NCBI RefSeq assembly: GCF_006345805.1
Contig: NC_043003.1
Coordinates: forward strand, 85,436,001-85,500,000
Source: Octopus sinensis
Lineage: Eukaryota
Reading direction: 5' to 3'
Length of the DNA: 64,000 nucleotides
Shown here piece after piece: positions 26,598 to 38,808 of this stretch (the first letter of the stretch is position 1; each line of letters starts with the position of its first letter). The notes under the pieces are model-generated. The model searched no databases and was not told the origin of the DNA. It worked only from the letters and a program-made list of their open reading frames with translations. The position numbers were made by a program, and so were the translations under genes.

Positions 26598-27195
26598 CTG
26601 AAACAGAGTAAAAGAAAAATTATAACTGAAAACTAGTAATTGATAACACATGAAACTGCATTACCATTTCAAATAACTTTGAAAAACCAATAATCCCCCA
26701 CAACCACTTTTGGTTCAATATTTAGATTAAAAACAATTTCCCAGAAATTTAGTAAAATTAACATTTGATAATTTTAGTAAATGTCATGTAGTAACCCTTA
26801 TACCTACAGCATATTTATGAACATTTTGCATTTTACTAAATATTTCATAATATATTTTGTCTTCGCGATGCTTTCTAAATTTACCTACCACAACCTATAG
26901 CTTAGGAATCAGTGATTTAAAGTAAAAACATTTTTGCTAATAAATTCCTTAGTTCCTTTTAATGATGGGTGTGTGGTTAAGAGAAGTTTACTTCAGAACT
27001 ACATAATTTAGGATTGGCTCCCATCATATGGATCGACTGGTTTCCTCTACTATAGCTGCAGGCTGACCAATACCTTGTAAGTAAAAGTTTGTAGTTGAAT
27101 ACTGGAAGTTTGCATGTGTGTCTGTGTTTGAGTTTGCACATGTGCATGTGGTGGGGGGTGACTATGTGTATTTCTCTTGTCGTGCATCTTATTTT

Positions 27196-27593
27196 ATCTT
27201 TATATATAAATGTAAGTTTGTGTGCTGTCTGTCTCCTACGATTTAGATTCCTAACTACTCCCACATTTTGCGGTGCAGTTTAACCAAAACCGGGTATCTT
27301 ATAGTCGTGATTCATATCGAGCCCTTCTGGGTATTAGCACGCGTCTACGATGAGTCTACGATTTTAAAAAGAATTTACCATCAATTTTTACCATTTTTAA
27401 TGCATTTTTGGCATATATAAGGGAAGTAACTCTCTAAAAATTTATTATTAAATCTCAGAGCGTAAAAAGCTACAGTAACACCCCCCACTTTGTGGTTAGC
27501 CATATTGAGATGGCTATTATACTTTACATCTCTAAAAATGCTTATATAGTTATTTCCCTTACAAACCCAAGCAACACCGGGCGATACTGCTAG
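27196..27593 (+). mobile_element. Non-autonomous Helitron
   Basis: 5' TC...tatatataaa; 3' acccaagcaacaccgggcgatactgCTAG|T. Confidence 0.85.
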
Positions 27594-27599
27594 TAACTT

Positions 27600-30500
27600 A
27601 TAAAATCGAAGTGGTAAGTTGGGCTATCATTTGATAAAATAAGAAGGGTGCAAGGGCAATAGTGTAAGAGGAAACATAGTGGCATAGAGAGTGTGACTGA
27701 TATCAGGGAAGGGGAGGACAGCGATAAATATGGAGTGGCAGTGGGATAGTAATGTTAATACAGTTGTCATTCAGAGATACACTTGCGAGTGCTTTCGATC
27801 TCTTTCTCTCTCACTCGCGTCTCTTTCTCTCTGTCTCTCACACTCTGTCTCTCTGTTTGTCTGTCTGTCTCTCTCTCTGTAACACACACACACACACACT
27901 CACAAATCTATAGACAAGTATTTAACAACGTTTAAACCAAAATTATCCAGAAATAACCAAAGTATTCCTTTTTTTTTTTTCCGTTTATGTACAAACAATA
28001 AAGAAGTTATCATCTGCTAAATACTTAGTCAACTTACTTTCAAGTCAACACTGAAGGTGAAGTACCTTATTAATTTGGTTTTTATGATTTACAAAATTAT
28101 AATCACTCATTCAACTATCGCAAAGATAGAAAGACAGATTTCTAAAGAGGAAATTGCTATCATTTAGTATCTCATCCCTTTTGGTGTTGTAATTTTCCAT
28201 CATGTTCTGTTCATAAAACCATCTAAAGTTTAAACTGAAGGTGAACTCCCTTACTGAATTTATTGAAAAAGTATTCAACAATTACATTAATTCATTAATT
28301 CATTCCTTTAATAAAGTCATGGGTGATGGTAACTGTATGTTCAGAGCTGTGTCACTCTTGCTCAAAGACAATAGAAATAACTGAAGACTCCGGGAAAAGC
28401 CTGGACAATACATATGCAATAACTGGAAGTATTTTCATTCTTTTATCCTGAATAGTACAATGCAGGAATACCAAGCATACATGAGTTGGGATGAAACATA
28501 TAGCGGTAATGTTGAATTTGCTGCCATTAGTGAATTGTACAAAGTTGCAATTCAGGCTCATCACAAAAATGACAATGGAATTATTCTTCTTCTGTTCACC
28601 GTATGCAGTCAAACAGTTTCAGAAAGGAAGTTTTCAGTGTTATATAGTGGCGAAATTGACAACAGCCACTACAATGCTCTCTTTCACATAAACAATCATG
28701 AGCATGAAAGAAATGTAGTAGGAAATGAAACATCACAAGACAGTAAAAAAGACAAAAAGAATGAGAATTCAAACACTTAATATGAAAATTGTAGAAGAAA
28801 GTAAAAAACCATCAGAAAGTTAGGTTGCAAAAAATTATGGAATATTACAGGAGGATAAGAGAACAAGAAGGTGAAAAAAAAAGAGAAATAAGATTGCAGA
28901 GAAAGAAGGAAAATTATGGAAATAAAAAAGTAGAAGGAAAGACAAAGAAATACAATTGCGAAAAAGGAGAGAAAAAGGTAGAATAAATAGAAAACAAGAA
29001 AGAGAAAGTGACTGAAAAATACAACTAAAAAGGAGAAAGCTTTCCGGAGAAAACCAGCAGGAAATGTATAGATGATTTCAATGACAAGGTGTAGCATTTA
29101 ATTATGATCTTAATCATAATTATGCATCTGAAAAAATTGTCTCCCTGGGTTCTATGTGCAAGACATGTGAAAAGTGTGGTGCGAGGAAGTGGGGCAAAGA
29201 ATCATTAGGTATGTGTTGTTCTAAAGGTAAAGTCCAATTACAAATAAGTGAGCCTCCAAAACTTATAAAATATCCTCTTTTGGGTACCACTTCAGAATCA
29301 AAATGCTTTCTTAAAAATATTCAAGCATACAATTGTGCTTTTCAAATGACATTATTTTGGGCAAAAATTATTAGAGAAAGTGGGTTTATGCCGACTTTTG
29401 AAGTGCAAGGACAAATTTATCACAGAATTGGCTCTCTTAAGCTTTTACAGAATAAAGATCCACAATTTTTACAAATATATTTTACAGGTAACATTCAAAA
29501 GGAAGTACAGTGTTACAAGAATTGTCCACGTACAAGCTTAGAACTTATTTTTAAGCTGCAAGAAATGCATCACGGAAAGAATTCTTATGTGAGATGCTTT
29601 AGAATGTACTTCAACTGTGGACTTTCAAGTTGTCATCGATGCCAACAAAAAACCAGCTGGAGAACATGTCTGTCGATTTGATGTTCCTGAGTGTAATGAA
29701 GTGGCTATTATTATGGTTGGAGAACAACATGGTAAACAAGTTTTTATTTTGAAATATCATGACAATAGCATCATGTTTATAAATAAAACTCATCGTTCAT
29801 ATGATGTTTTACAATATCCCTTGCTTTTTGCTAACAGAGAAGATGGATACCACTTTGGTATATCACAAGTTGGAGGAATAACTTCCAAAAGAACTGTATC
29901 CTGTACAAATTATTATGTTCATCGATTGATGATTTGAAGTAATTCGTTTAATCATCTTCACTATTGCCAAGATCTTTTTCACCAGTATGTTGTTGATATG
30001 TATGCCAAAATAGAGTCAGAGAGGTTGTGCTACATACAAATGCACCAAAAAGGACTACGTTCAGAATCATATGTGCATTTACAAGATGGCATTAACAATG
30101 ATATTGATGGGACAGGGCTTGGACAACTTTGTATTCTCTCATCCAGTTTTACAGGAAGCCCAAGATATATGAACAAGAGGATACAGGATGCCATGACTTG
30201 TGTGCGTAATTATGGACATCCTGATCTTTTCATCACTTTTACTTGCAATCCCAAATGGAACGGAATCCAAGTTGAACTTTTTCCAGGATATTTATACGTC
30301 AACAGGCACAACCTAAATGCAAGAGATTTTCATCACGTTTCGAAATTGATGGACTTCATAACTAAGTCTTACATATTTCGACCAGCAGGTTAATACATGT
30401 ATACTACTGAATGGCAAAAAGGAGGCCTACCTTACACACATATATTAATCTGGCTTTCACAGAAAATTCAAACTGATGAGATTGATTCTATGATCTCAGC

Positions 30501-31076
30501 AGAAATTCTAAACCCCCATGAAAGACAAAGAACTTTATGAAATTGTAAAATTGAACATGGTTCATGGCCCATGTGGTGACCTCAACCCAAATGCATCTTG
30601 CATGAAAGACAAGAAGTGTATGAAACATTATCCTAAAAATTTCATTAAAGAAACACAAACAGGTAATGATGGTTAGTATTGTAGTTTAAATTTTAGGAAT
30701 AAAATTAGGATTAGGATTTAAGTTTTAAGGTAAAAGCTGAGGGTTAGCATTTAACATTAGGGTTTCATGTTAGCATTTAGGATTACAATTTTAAGTTAGG
30801 ATGAGAGTTAGTTTAAACAGAAATTGAAAAGGAATTCAAAAGATTTGAATTTGAGTACAAATTTTTACAGAATTGAACTTACATATGTTTGGAATATGGA
30901 TATCAAACTATATTCTTAAAAAAATAAAAATAAAAAGGTCTACAAAGTGTTCTTAGTCCGAAATTTCATTGAGTTTTTTTTTTTTTTTATTTACTGTAAG
31001 TTAGATAAAGAGCTTTACAATGCTACTGTTAATTCTCTGAGTCATTAACACAGGCAACGCTGGGCATTTCAGCTAG
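27600..31076 (+). mobile_element. Decayed, formerly autonomous Helitron (OTU-like protease + Rep initiator; helicase deleted)
   Basis: OTU GDGNCMFRAVS...SHYNAL (28319-28690); CEKC..W..E...CC..GKVQL; VQGQIYHRIGSL; YDVLQYPLLF; SFTGSPRYM; PDLFITFTCNPKW; EWQKGGLPYTHILIW; 3' end caggcaacgctgggcatttcagCTAG|T at 31073-31076. The 5' end is uncertain. Confidence 0.88.
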
Positions 31077-31743
31077 TACTAAATATAAACAGAGTCACTG
31101 TTCAAACAAATGGTGTCATTTGTTTATAATCCTCTCTAGAATTATGTCTAAGTTGTTCGTTGTTCAATAGACTAGAGGAAACATTCATTACCTTACCTGA
31201 AAACATGTACAGTTTGACAACAGGAATAACATAGGCCATAGGAAAATATGCCTCAATAGAGTCTTGTTTAATCAATACAAGATTGGAAAAGTAGATGTTA
31301 AACCAATGACAGTGGTGGTGGTGACAATGTTGGTGACAATGATCTTAATTTTTTAATTTTGAAAGTTTTAACTTTTAATTAATATCATAATTGCTTCATA
31401 AATTAAAAAGGAGGCTAGAGTAACCAGTTTCTATAACATTAAAATGGATAAGAGAGAAATCTTTATCGACTAAGCCAAAAATAGATTTAAATTTAGTATT
31501 AATATAATTAATGCTAACTAAAAGTAACTAATTACTTGTAGATAACTAAAAATAATTTTGAGAGCAAAAAATGACTAATATTAGAAAGTACAGGGAGGCT
31601 ATGTTTTGCTGAAGAATTTAGAATAAAACCAAATCATGTCTAAAGTTGTCTCCTATACTCGACAGGAAAATCAAAATCAACAACTTTTTTCTTCACCATA
31701 TCTTTATTTCTAGTTAGCTTTTTAATACTCCATCTTTTATCTT

Positions 31744-31779
31744 TATTACTTTCAATCACTGGATAGCAAATGTTGTTCG

Positions 31780-31813
<34 letters not shown>

Positions 31814-31846
31814 CGAACAACATTTGCTATCCAGTGATTGAAAGTA

Positions 31847-31849
<3 letters not shown>
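31744..31849. repeat. Perfect palindrome centred on (TA)n
   Basis: tattactttcaatcactggatagcaaatgttgttcggg-(TA)n-cccgaacaacatttgctatccagtgattgaaagtaata. Confidence 0.95.
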
Positions 31850-31878
<29 letters not shown>

Positions 31879-32056
31879 ACCAGCTGATCTAGCAAGCGGG
31901 GCCGCATATCAGTGGGGGGGGGGCTGGTGCGCATTGATGCCATCGAGAGGTAGGCCCCAAAATGGCGCGCATTCTCTCCTGATGACCCCATACACTTGCT
32001 GGCTTCCGGTATGCGGAGTTTTTGACTGGTAGCACTTGCATGTGCAAGTTGTTTGC

Positions 32057-32099
<43 letters not shown>

Positions 32100-32130
32100 G
32101 GTTTGGAGATGATGTACAGGTGTTATATAT

Positions 32131-32518
32131 TAGAAGAAATGAGGTACTCAGAAATCCAGATGGTTTTATATTTACAGATATTTATTAGTATGTTACATGT
32201 TTTTATATATCATATATCATATATTAGCACTTTCGTCCATTCTAGTGGAGTCTTCAAATTGAACTAAGTTTTTACAGGAATTTTCTCCCCTTTCATCACC
32301 CTCTTGTACTATCTTATATATCTCTCCCCACCACTACACACTCAATAATATTATAAAAAGAGTGAAAATTCCTGCAAAAACTTAGTTCAATTTGAAGACT
32401 CCACTAGGATGGACGAAAGTGCTAATATATGATATATGATATATAAAAACATGTAACATACTAATAAATATCTGTAAATATAAAACTATCCGGGTTTCTG
32501 AGTACCTCATTTCTTCTA
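32131..32518. repeat. Fold-back element, ~155-bp near-perfect arms with a ~78-nt spacer
   Basis: Arms 32131-32285 and 32364-32518 are reverse complements with a few mismatches; TA tracts flank the element. Confidence 0.92.
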
Positions 32519-32719
32519 AGATATATATATATATTTCGCTTAGGCATGGCAAGGCTAATAGCCTGGTTCAGTACTCAATATACATATGTTTCAGAATGAA
32601 GTGTTAGATGAGTATAGAGCAGTAATAAGAAAAAGAGGTGACACAGGAAAAACAATGGTTATGTTATGAACTTCAGTAATTTTCTCATAAAATTACTTCT
32701 AGTTATTTACAAGTTCATA

Positions 32720-33055
32720 ACTTGGTAAACACCCACAAGGTTATCAACCACCTCACCAACAACAACACTGAACACCTTTTTGATCTCCATGTGTCTAACA
32801 CACGGGGACATGCCTACAAAGTCAGAAAACAGCACAGCTCCCATGACTTTCGGAAACATTTTTTCACGCTAAGGGTTGCTGAAGCGTGGAATAAACTGCC
32901 TGCATCAGTTGTTGACTGCCATGACACTGCATCCTTTAAGGCCCTCATGCTTCCCGAAATCCGTCGAAACTACACCTGATTATATATACACTTTAGATGA
33001 GTTGTAGTGCACCTGAGCACTGTACACAATTATTATTATTATTATTATTATTATA
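32720..33055 (+). mobile_element. CR1-type LINE 3' end with (ATT)n tail
   Basis: NTRGHAYKVRKQHSSHDFRKHFFTLRVAEAWNKLPASVV...FK, the typical CR1/L2-group ORF2 C-terminus. Confidence 0.82.
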
Positions 33056-34439
33056 ACCATTGCTTTTATACATATATATATATATATATATAAGTTTCCA
33101 TATACTTTTCGTCTACCAAATTCACTCACAAAACATTTGTTGATCCAAGACAATAGTGGAAGGCACTATCCAAAGGAGCTATACAGTGGGACTGAACCTG
33201 AAACCACATGGTTGCAAATTGAGCTTCCTAACCACACAGCCATGCTTACACCTTGAGTTAGCTATTTGTTTCTTATGTGAATCAGACATCCAAATTCTTT
33301 AGCCAACCTAACTAGTTTTCAAGGAACTCTGTCAATCATAAATACAGTCACATCCTCCGAACCAAACCAAAAAATAAACAATAAACACATACACTCATTC
33401 ATCTGTTTTTACTTCTGATTTTCCAAGCTAGCATGGGCTGGACAAATATAAGGTATCAAGGCTTTGCTGTACAGACCACCTTACGTTCATTACCATCATC
33501 TGCTGAAGAGCTGCCTGAGCTCCATTTGTTTGTTTTGGCTTGAGTTCTACAACCAGATGCCCTTCCTTCCTAATACCAACAAATTTACAGAGTGTGCTGA
33601 GTGCTTTTACATGGCACTACAATGGGTGCTTTACATGGCCCCGACACAGGTGTTTTGCATGGCACCAACACAGGTGTTTTTACATGGCACCAACATATGT
33701 ACTTTATGCAAGACTAATTTGGGTGCTTTTACATGGTACCAGCACCCACAGGCCCACAAGATTAGGATCATTCAGCTGAGAGAGGGATGTACATGCCTGT
33801 ATGCATGGACAGCCACAATTAGCTTGACGAGTCTTTCCAGGCACAGCAAACCACCAGAAGTTTCAGTCCTTTGTCATCTTCCCTGTGAGGCCCAACATCT
33901 GAAGATCCTTTCTCATCACTTCATCCCACATCTTCCTAAGTCTACCCCCTCCACACGTTCCCTCCACAATTAGAGATTGGCATTTCTTGATGCAGCTGTT
34001 TTTATATATAGATACAAATATACCAGACTGTAATCATCATCACCATCATAGTTTTAATGTCCACTTTTTCATGCTTGCATGTGCCAGGTGGTTTTTATTG
34101 AGGCAGATTTATTTACAGCTAGATACCCTTCCTGTTAACAACCCTCATCTCTTTCCAAGTAAGTTAATATTTCACCATAGTCAAACATGTCTTCATAGTA
34201 TATTGGAAATAAATAACACTGTTTGCATGACAGTGATACTCCTTTCCAGCTATCACATGATGTCAAGAAAAAAGAAACACAAATATACACACACTCAGAA
34301 AGACAGATTCTATCTACTACATCCACTCACAAGGCTGTAGTCCCAAAGTGTCTTGCAATGGAACTGAATCCAAAACCATGTGGTTTGGAAACAAACTTCT
34401 TAACCATACATATGCCTGTGCCTATAGTGAATACAGGAA

Positions 34440-34651
34440 ATAATATAGTAGCATGCAGTGAATATAGAGTTGAGTATAGTAGGTTGTAGTATATATAGAA
34501 TTAAATATATTAGCTTGTAGTGAATATAGAATTAAATATGCTTACAGTAAATGGAGAAATAAATATTGTAGGATATAGTAACTACAGGAATACAGTAAGA
34601 TGTAGTGAAAATAGAAATACAGTGGCATGCAGTGAATATAGAATTAAATAT
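34440..34651. repeat. Degenerate ~30-bp minisatellite (gcatgcagtgaatatagaattaaatat) abutting the exon 4 donor
   Basis: About 6 diverged units ending a few nt from the GT. Confidence 0.7.
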
Positions 34652-34656
34652 GTTAC

Positions 34657-34739
34657 CTTAGAAACATAATCTGGCCAGCTGCAAGAATAAAGAATTGGTC
34701 TGCCCGTCATGTTGAGAAAGGATCCCATTAGAGGATAAC
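34657..34739 (-). CDS. NAGA: GH27 glycosidase coding exon 4 (specificity loop SCSWPDY)
   Basis: Acceptor atatgttaatcag, donor aag|GTAACA; 83 nt, phase 1/0; (G)YPLMGSFLNMTGRPILYSCSWPDYVSK. Translated by hand. Confidence 0.93.
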
Positions 34740-34799
34740 CTGATTAACATATAAGAAATGATAAAGACATTAGTTTTATTTATGAACATTCTATAACAA

Positions 34800-35225
34800 T
34801 CTCAACACAACAAAGACTGTATCACAAAGCTTGGCTTTGGGGATTTCACAACCTCAATAGAGTATAAATTACAGCACAAAAGTTGGCCTAGGGATCTCAT
34901 CTGCAATGTAGCAAAGATTGAGTCACAAAGATGACCTGGGATTTTCAGATCCTCAACACAGCAAAGACTGACCTAGGTATGTCACATCCTGAATTTGGCA
35001 AGAACTGAGTCATGAAAACTAACCTGAAGATTTCGCATTTTCAACATAGCAAAAATTACATCATTATAACTGGCCTGGAGCTATCCCATTCTCAACATAG
35101 CAACAACTGACATAAGAGTTTCCCATCCTCAACAAAGCAACAATAGGCCTGAGAATTCCATATTCTCAACATAACAACAACTGTGTCACAAATATTGGTA
35201 TTCACATCATCTTTCATGCAACAAA
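34800..35225. repeat. Degenerate ~45-50-bp minisatellite (ctcaacatagcaaagactg...ggcctgggatt)
   Basis: About 8-9 diverged units starting ~60 nt from the exon 4 acceptor. Confidence 0.7.
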
Positions 35226-35884
35226 CTAGCCATTCAATGACTGAATAGGATTTCACAGCAGATGCAATCAATGACTCTACCAGTTAAGTGATGACATTGT
35301 TTTACACTAAGCAGATAAACAATACTAAGATATAAATGAGAAAATACACACACACACACACACTCCTTTATAAATATGACAGGCCATCATACCATTTCCT
35401 TCTACTACTTTCACTCATACAAAATTGGTCAGCTAAGGCTATAATTGAAGACATCTTGTCCATAATGCATTGGGAATAAAACCAAAACCTTGGGGTTGCA
35501 AGTTTCTTAACTACAAGGCCAATCTAAAATAGTGTCTTTTTTATCATGTTGAACCATTTTCCTTTTTTTTTTTTTATTTTATAATTTAGTTAAAGGTGAA
35601 GAGTCAATGTCAATGACCTGTATAAACCCTCTCAACCTGATGAGACCAATGAAATTTAATACTCAGTTTGAACGTCTTCAAATCAATGTTTGCAGGAATT
35701 AAAATATGGAAAGATGAGACTTGTTTTTTTTTTTTTACATACAACAGAAGCCTCTGACGAAAGTACTCAAAGACTACTGGCTAGAGTTAAGCCAAGCAGA
35801 GAAAATAATAATGATAAGCAAGAGAAGTTAATTTCAAAATCTTTCAGTAACTAGCAAGTAACCCAAGAATGGAATGATACTTAC

Positions 35885-36059
35885 CATATGGCATATCGTT
35901 TGCATTAGAATAACATCCATCTAGTTTCAGAAAATCAACTTCCCATTCAGCAAATGTTTTGGCATCAATATCCATGTAAAACTCACTACCTGGGAAACCA
36001 CCACAAGTCTTTGTACCAAAATCTTCATAGATTCCTAACTTAAGCCCCTTACCGTGAAT
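35885..36059 (-). CDS. NAGA: GH27 glycosidase coding exon 3 (catalytic nucleophile LKLDGC)
   Basis: Acceptor ttttattttcag, donor g|GTAAGT; 175 nt; IHGKGLKLGIYEDFGTKTCGGFPGSEFYMDIDAKTFAEWEVDFLKLDGCYSNANDMPY(G). Not in the ORF track; translated by hand. Confidence 0.95.
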
Positions 36060-36219
36060 CTGAAAATAAAACTGACTAACTGAATCATCTTATTAAACCA
36101 TTTGAGTATACTTCATTAAAGTATATACTTATATTTCATAATATACAGTCTAGCCAAAAGTTTGAAACATTTTTCTAAAAATTAAAATTGTTATACCCAA
36201 GTACAATTTGATTCAAATA

Positions 36220-38363
36220 CAGTTGCGGCCAAAATGTTCAGAACGGTATTGTTTTCGTCAGAAAAGTAGGTACAATTTTTTATCAAATTTGTTTTATATT
36301 CTATAATTTTCACAGACAATAAATACGACATTATTTGTTATTGTCTGAGATTTTGGTGTAATTTGAGAGGATAATACAAAAGTCATGGATGATTTAGTGA
36401 TTTACTGCAAAACCCATGGTGGCCAAAATTATCAGAACGGTTGCTTTTACTCTGTGTTTTAGTTTATTGAACCGGCGAACTCTAATGTTTTGAATTTGTT
36501 TACTTGACAGTTCATTTACTAAACATTAGTAAGAATATCTGCAGTGTACTTTGTTTATATAATGCCACTTACTCCGTTACCAATTCGTCAGCAGACTATT
36601 AAGCTTCGAAAGAAGAATAATTTAAGTATTGGGTCTATTGCAAAGATTGTTAACAAGTCAAAAAGTGTTGTTCATGGTATTCTTAAGGTCTACGATGATT
36701 GTGGTTCGTGTGAAGCAAGAAAGTCTACAGGTAGGCCAAGAAAAACGACCAAGAGAGAAGATCGTGCTATGGTAAAGTTGGTTAAAAAGGACATATTTAG
36801 AACTGCTGCTGCTGTTTCTCGAGAAATGAGCATTGTACTGAAGAAAACTTTATCTCGAAAAACTGTGTCTCATCGTTTAGTTGAACATGACCTACAAGCA
36901 AGAGCACCTGCAGTGAAGCCACTGATCAACTCCAAGAATAAAAAGTGTCGTCTTACCTTTGCAACCGAACATGTGTTGTGGTCTCAAGAAAAATGGCAAA
37001 CGGTGCATTTCAGTGATGAATCTAAGTTTATGTTATTTGGCTCAGATGGGAAAAGGTACGTTCGTCGAAAAGTAGGTGAAAAATTGTCGACTAAATGCCT
37101 TAAGACTAGTGTTAAATTCGGTGGAGGAAGGGTCATGGTTTGGGGATGATATCTGGAGATGGTCTGGGCCCTTTGGTGCGAATACATGGAAAGTAAAATG
37201 CAGGAGTTTATAAACAACTTGTAAAAGATCATGTCTTGCCTGTGCTGAGAAATTCAACTAAGCGACCACCCATATTCATGCAGGACAATGCCCCATGTCA
37301 CAAGGCTAAAGTGGTCATGAACTTCCTCAAGACTGAAAAGGTTATTGTTATGGATTGGCCTGCTCAAAGCCCAGATCTCAATCCTATTGAAAATGTGTGG
37401 AATGTTCTAGAACGTTCTAAAGCCAGAAATCTTAAAACAACCGAGCAATTATGGAATGCCCATCAGGAAGAAAATTTAATAAGATCACCCAGCAAGAAAT
37501 TGAAAATTTAATTTCCTCATGCAGTCAAAGATGTCAAAGTGTGATTGAAGCTAAAGGGGTTCACGCTAAATCTATATATATAAAACTGTAGTTGTGCGAG
37601 TGTCTGTCCCCTTCGATTTAGATTCCTAACTACTCCCACATTTTGCGGTGCAGTTTAACCAAATTCCGGTATCTTATAGTCGTGATTCATATCGAGCCCG
37701 TCTGAGTATTAGCGCGCATCTACGATGAGTCTACAATTTTAAAAATAATTTAACATAATTTTTTATTCCATTTTAATGCATAATTTTTCGTGTGTCGATG
37801 GCGGCGGAGTTGGCGTCCACGCTCAAACACCTGCACCTGTGATTGCTTCTCCCCCTTCTTCCCTCCCTCGTGAAGCTGTGGGGAAGGGAGTGTAAGGAAA
37901 TCAACGTCGTAAAGCGTTGTCAAGGAGACCAGCGTTCTTTTAGAACAACGACTTCATGGCTTGAAGACACCAAAACAGAAATGGTTAAGAAAGCCCGAAT
38001 TGGCATCTATAAGGGAAGTAACTCTCTAAAAATGCTTATATAGTTATTTCCCTTACAAACCCAAGCAACGCCGGGCGATACTGCTAGTATTAAATAATTC
38101 CAGTATTCTCTGTCATTTTTGATTATTTTGTTATTTTTTCAACCGTTCTGATCATTTTGGCCACCATGGGTTTTGCAGTAAATCACTAAATCATCCATAA
38201 CTTTTGTATTATCCTCTCAAATTACACCAGAATCTCAGACAATAACAAATAGTATTGTATTTATTGTCTGTGAAAATTATAGAATATAAAACAACTTTGA
38301 TAAAAAATTGTACCTACTTTTCTGACGAAAACAATGCTCTTCGGAACATTTTGGCCGCAACTG
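36220..38363 (+). mobile_element. Tc1 (DD34E) transposon with ~225-bp IR/DR-type TIRs; frameshifted transposase
   Basis: TA|cagttgcggccaaaatgttc ... gaacattttggccgcaactg|TA; inner repeat gtggccaaaattatcagaacgg; MPLTPLPIRQQ...HFSDESKF...QDNAPCH-(34)-E...KGVHAKY*. Confidence 0.94.
37571..38087 (+). mobile_element. Full-length non-autonomous Helitron inserted in the last codons of the Tc1 transposase
   Basis: A|TCTATATATAT...cccaagcaacgccgggcgatactgCTAG|T; removing it restores gct aaa|tat taa (A K Y *). Confidence 0.93.
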
Positions 38364-38808
38364 TATAGAGATATACTTACCTATGGTTGAATTAGAGATA
38401 TACTTACCTATGGTTGAATTAGAAAATATTGAACCATTGAATCAGTTATTATATTTAAATTGAATTGTACTTGAGCATAACAATTTTAATTTTATAAAAA
38501 AATGTTCCAAATTTTTGGTCATGATTGTGTTAGCCATCTACAGAAATTCTACAACAGCAGTGTGCTCTATTCTGAAAAGAACAGCAATTTTATTTTTCTT
38601 ACTCTGAAATATCAGTGAGTGAAAATATGACTACTTGACTACTGCTAAAATGGATTTCTTTTGTATGGCTTCGTTAGAGGAGGAACAGTAGCACCCACAA
38701 CCATTTTTTTTTATTTTGAGACCTTCCAAGAGAAGAAAGGAGGAAGTTACCTTCCTCCATTCCTAATATATCAACTCGTTAAAAGATATTTTCAACTCAC
38801 CATATTAA

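Larger units (their letters stand above)
36146..38527. mobile_element. Older Tc1-type MITE split by a nested Tc1 insertion
   Basis: ~70-bp inverted termini: TA|cagtctagccaaaagtttgaaacattttt...aaaattgttatacccaagtacaatt versus aattgtacttgagcataacaatttt...aaaaatgttccaaatttttggtcatgattg. Confidence 0.7.

Noticed and set aside
34800-35225. CRISPR-like repeat/spacer array
   Set aside because: Units are diverged with no unique spacers, in a eukaryotic intron with no cas genes; a minisatellite.
35635-35660. CTGATGAGACCAATGAAA hammerhead-like string
   Set aside because: No stem II (needs G10.1-C11.1 pairing) and no stems I or III; a chance match.
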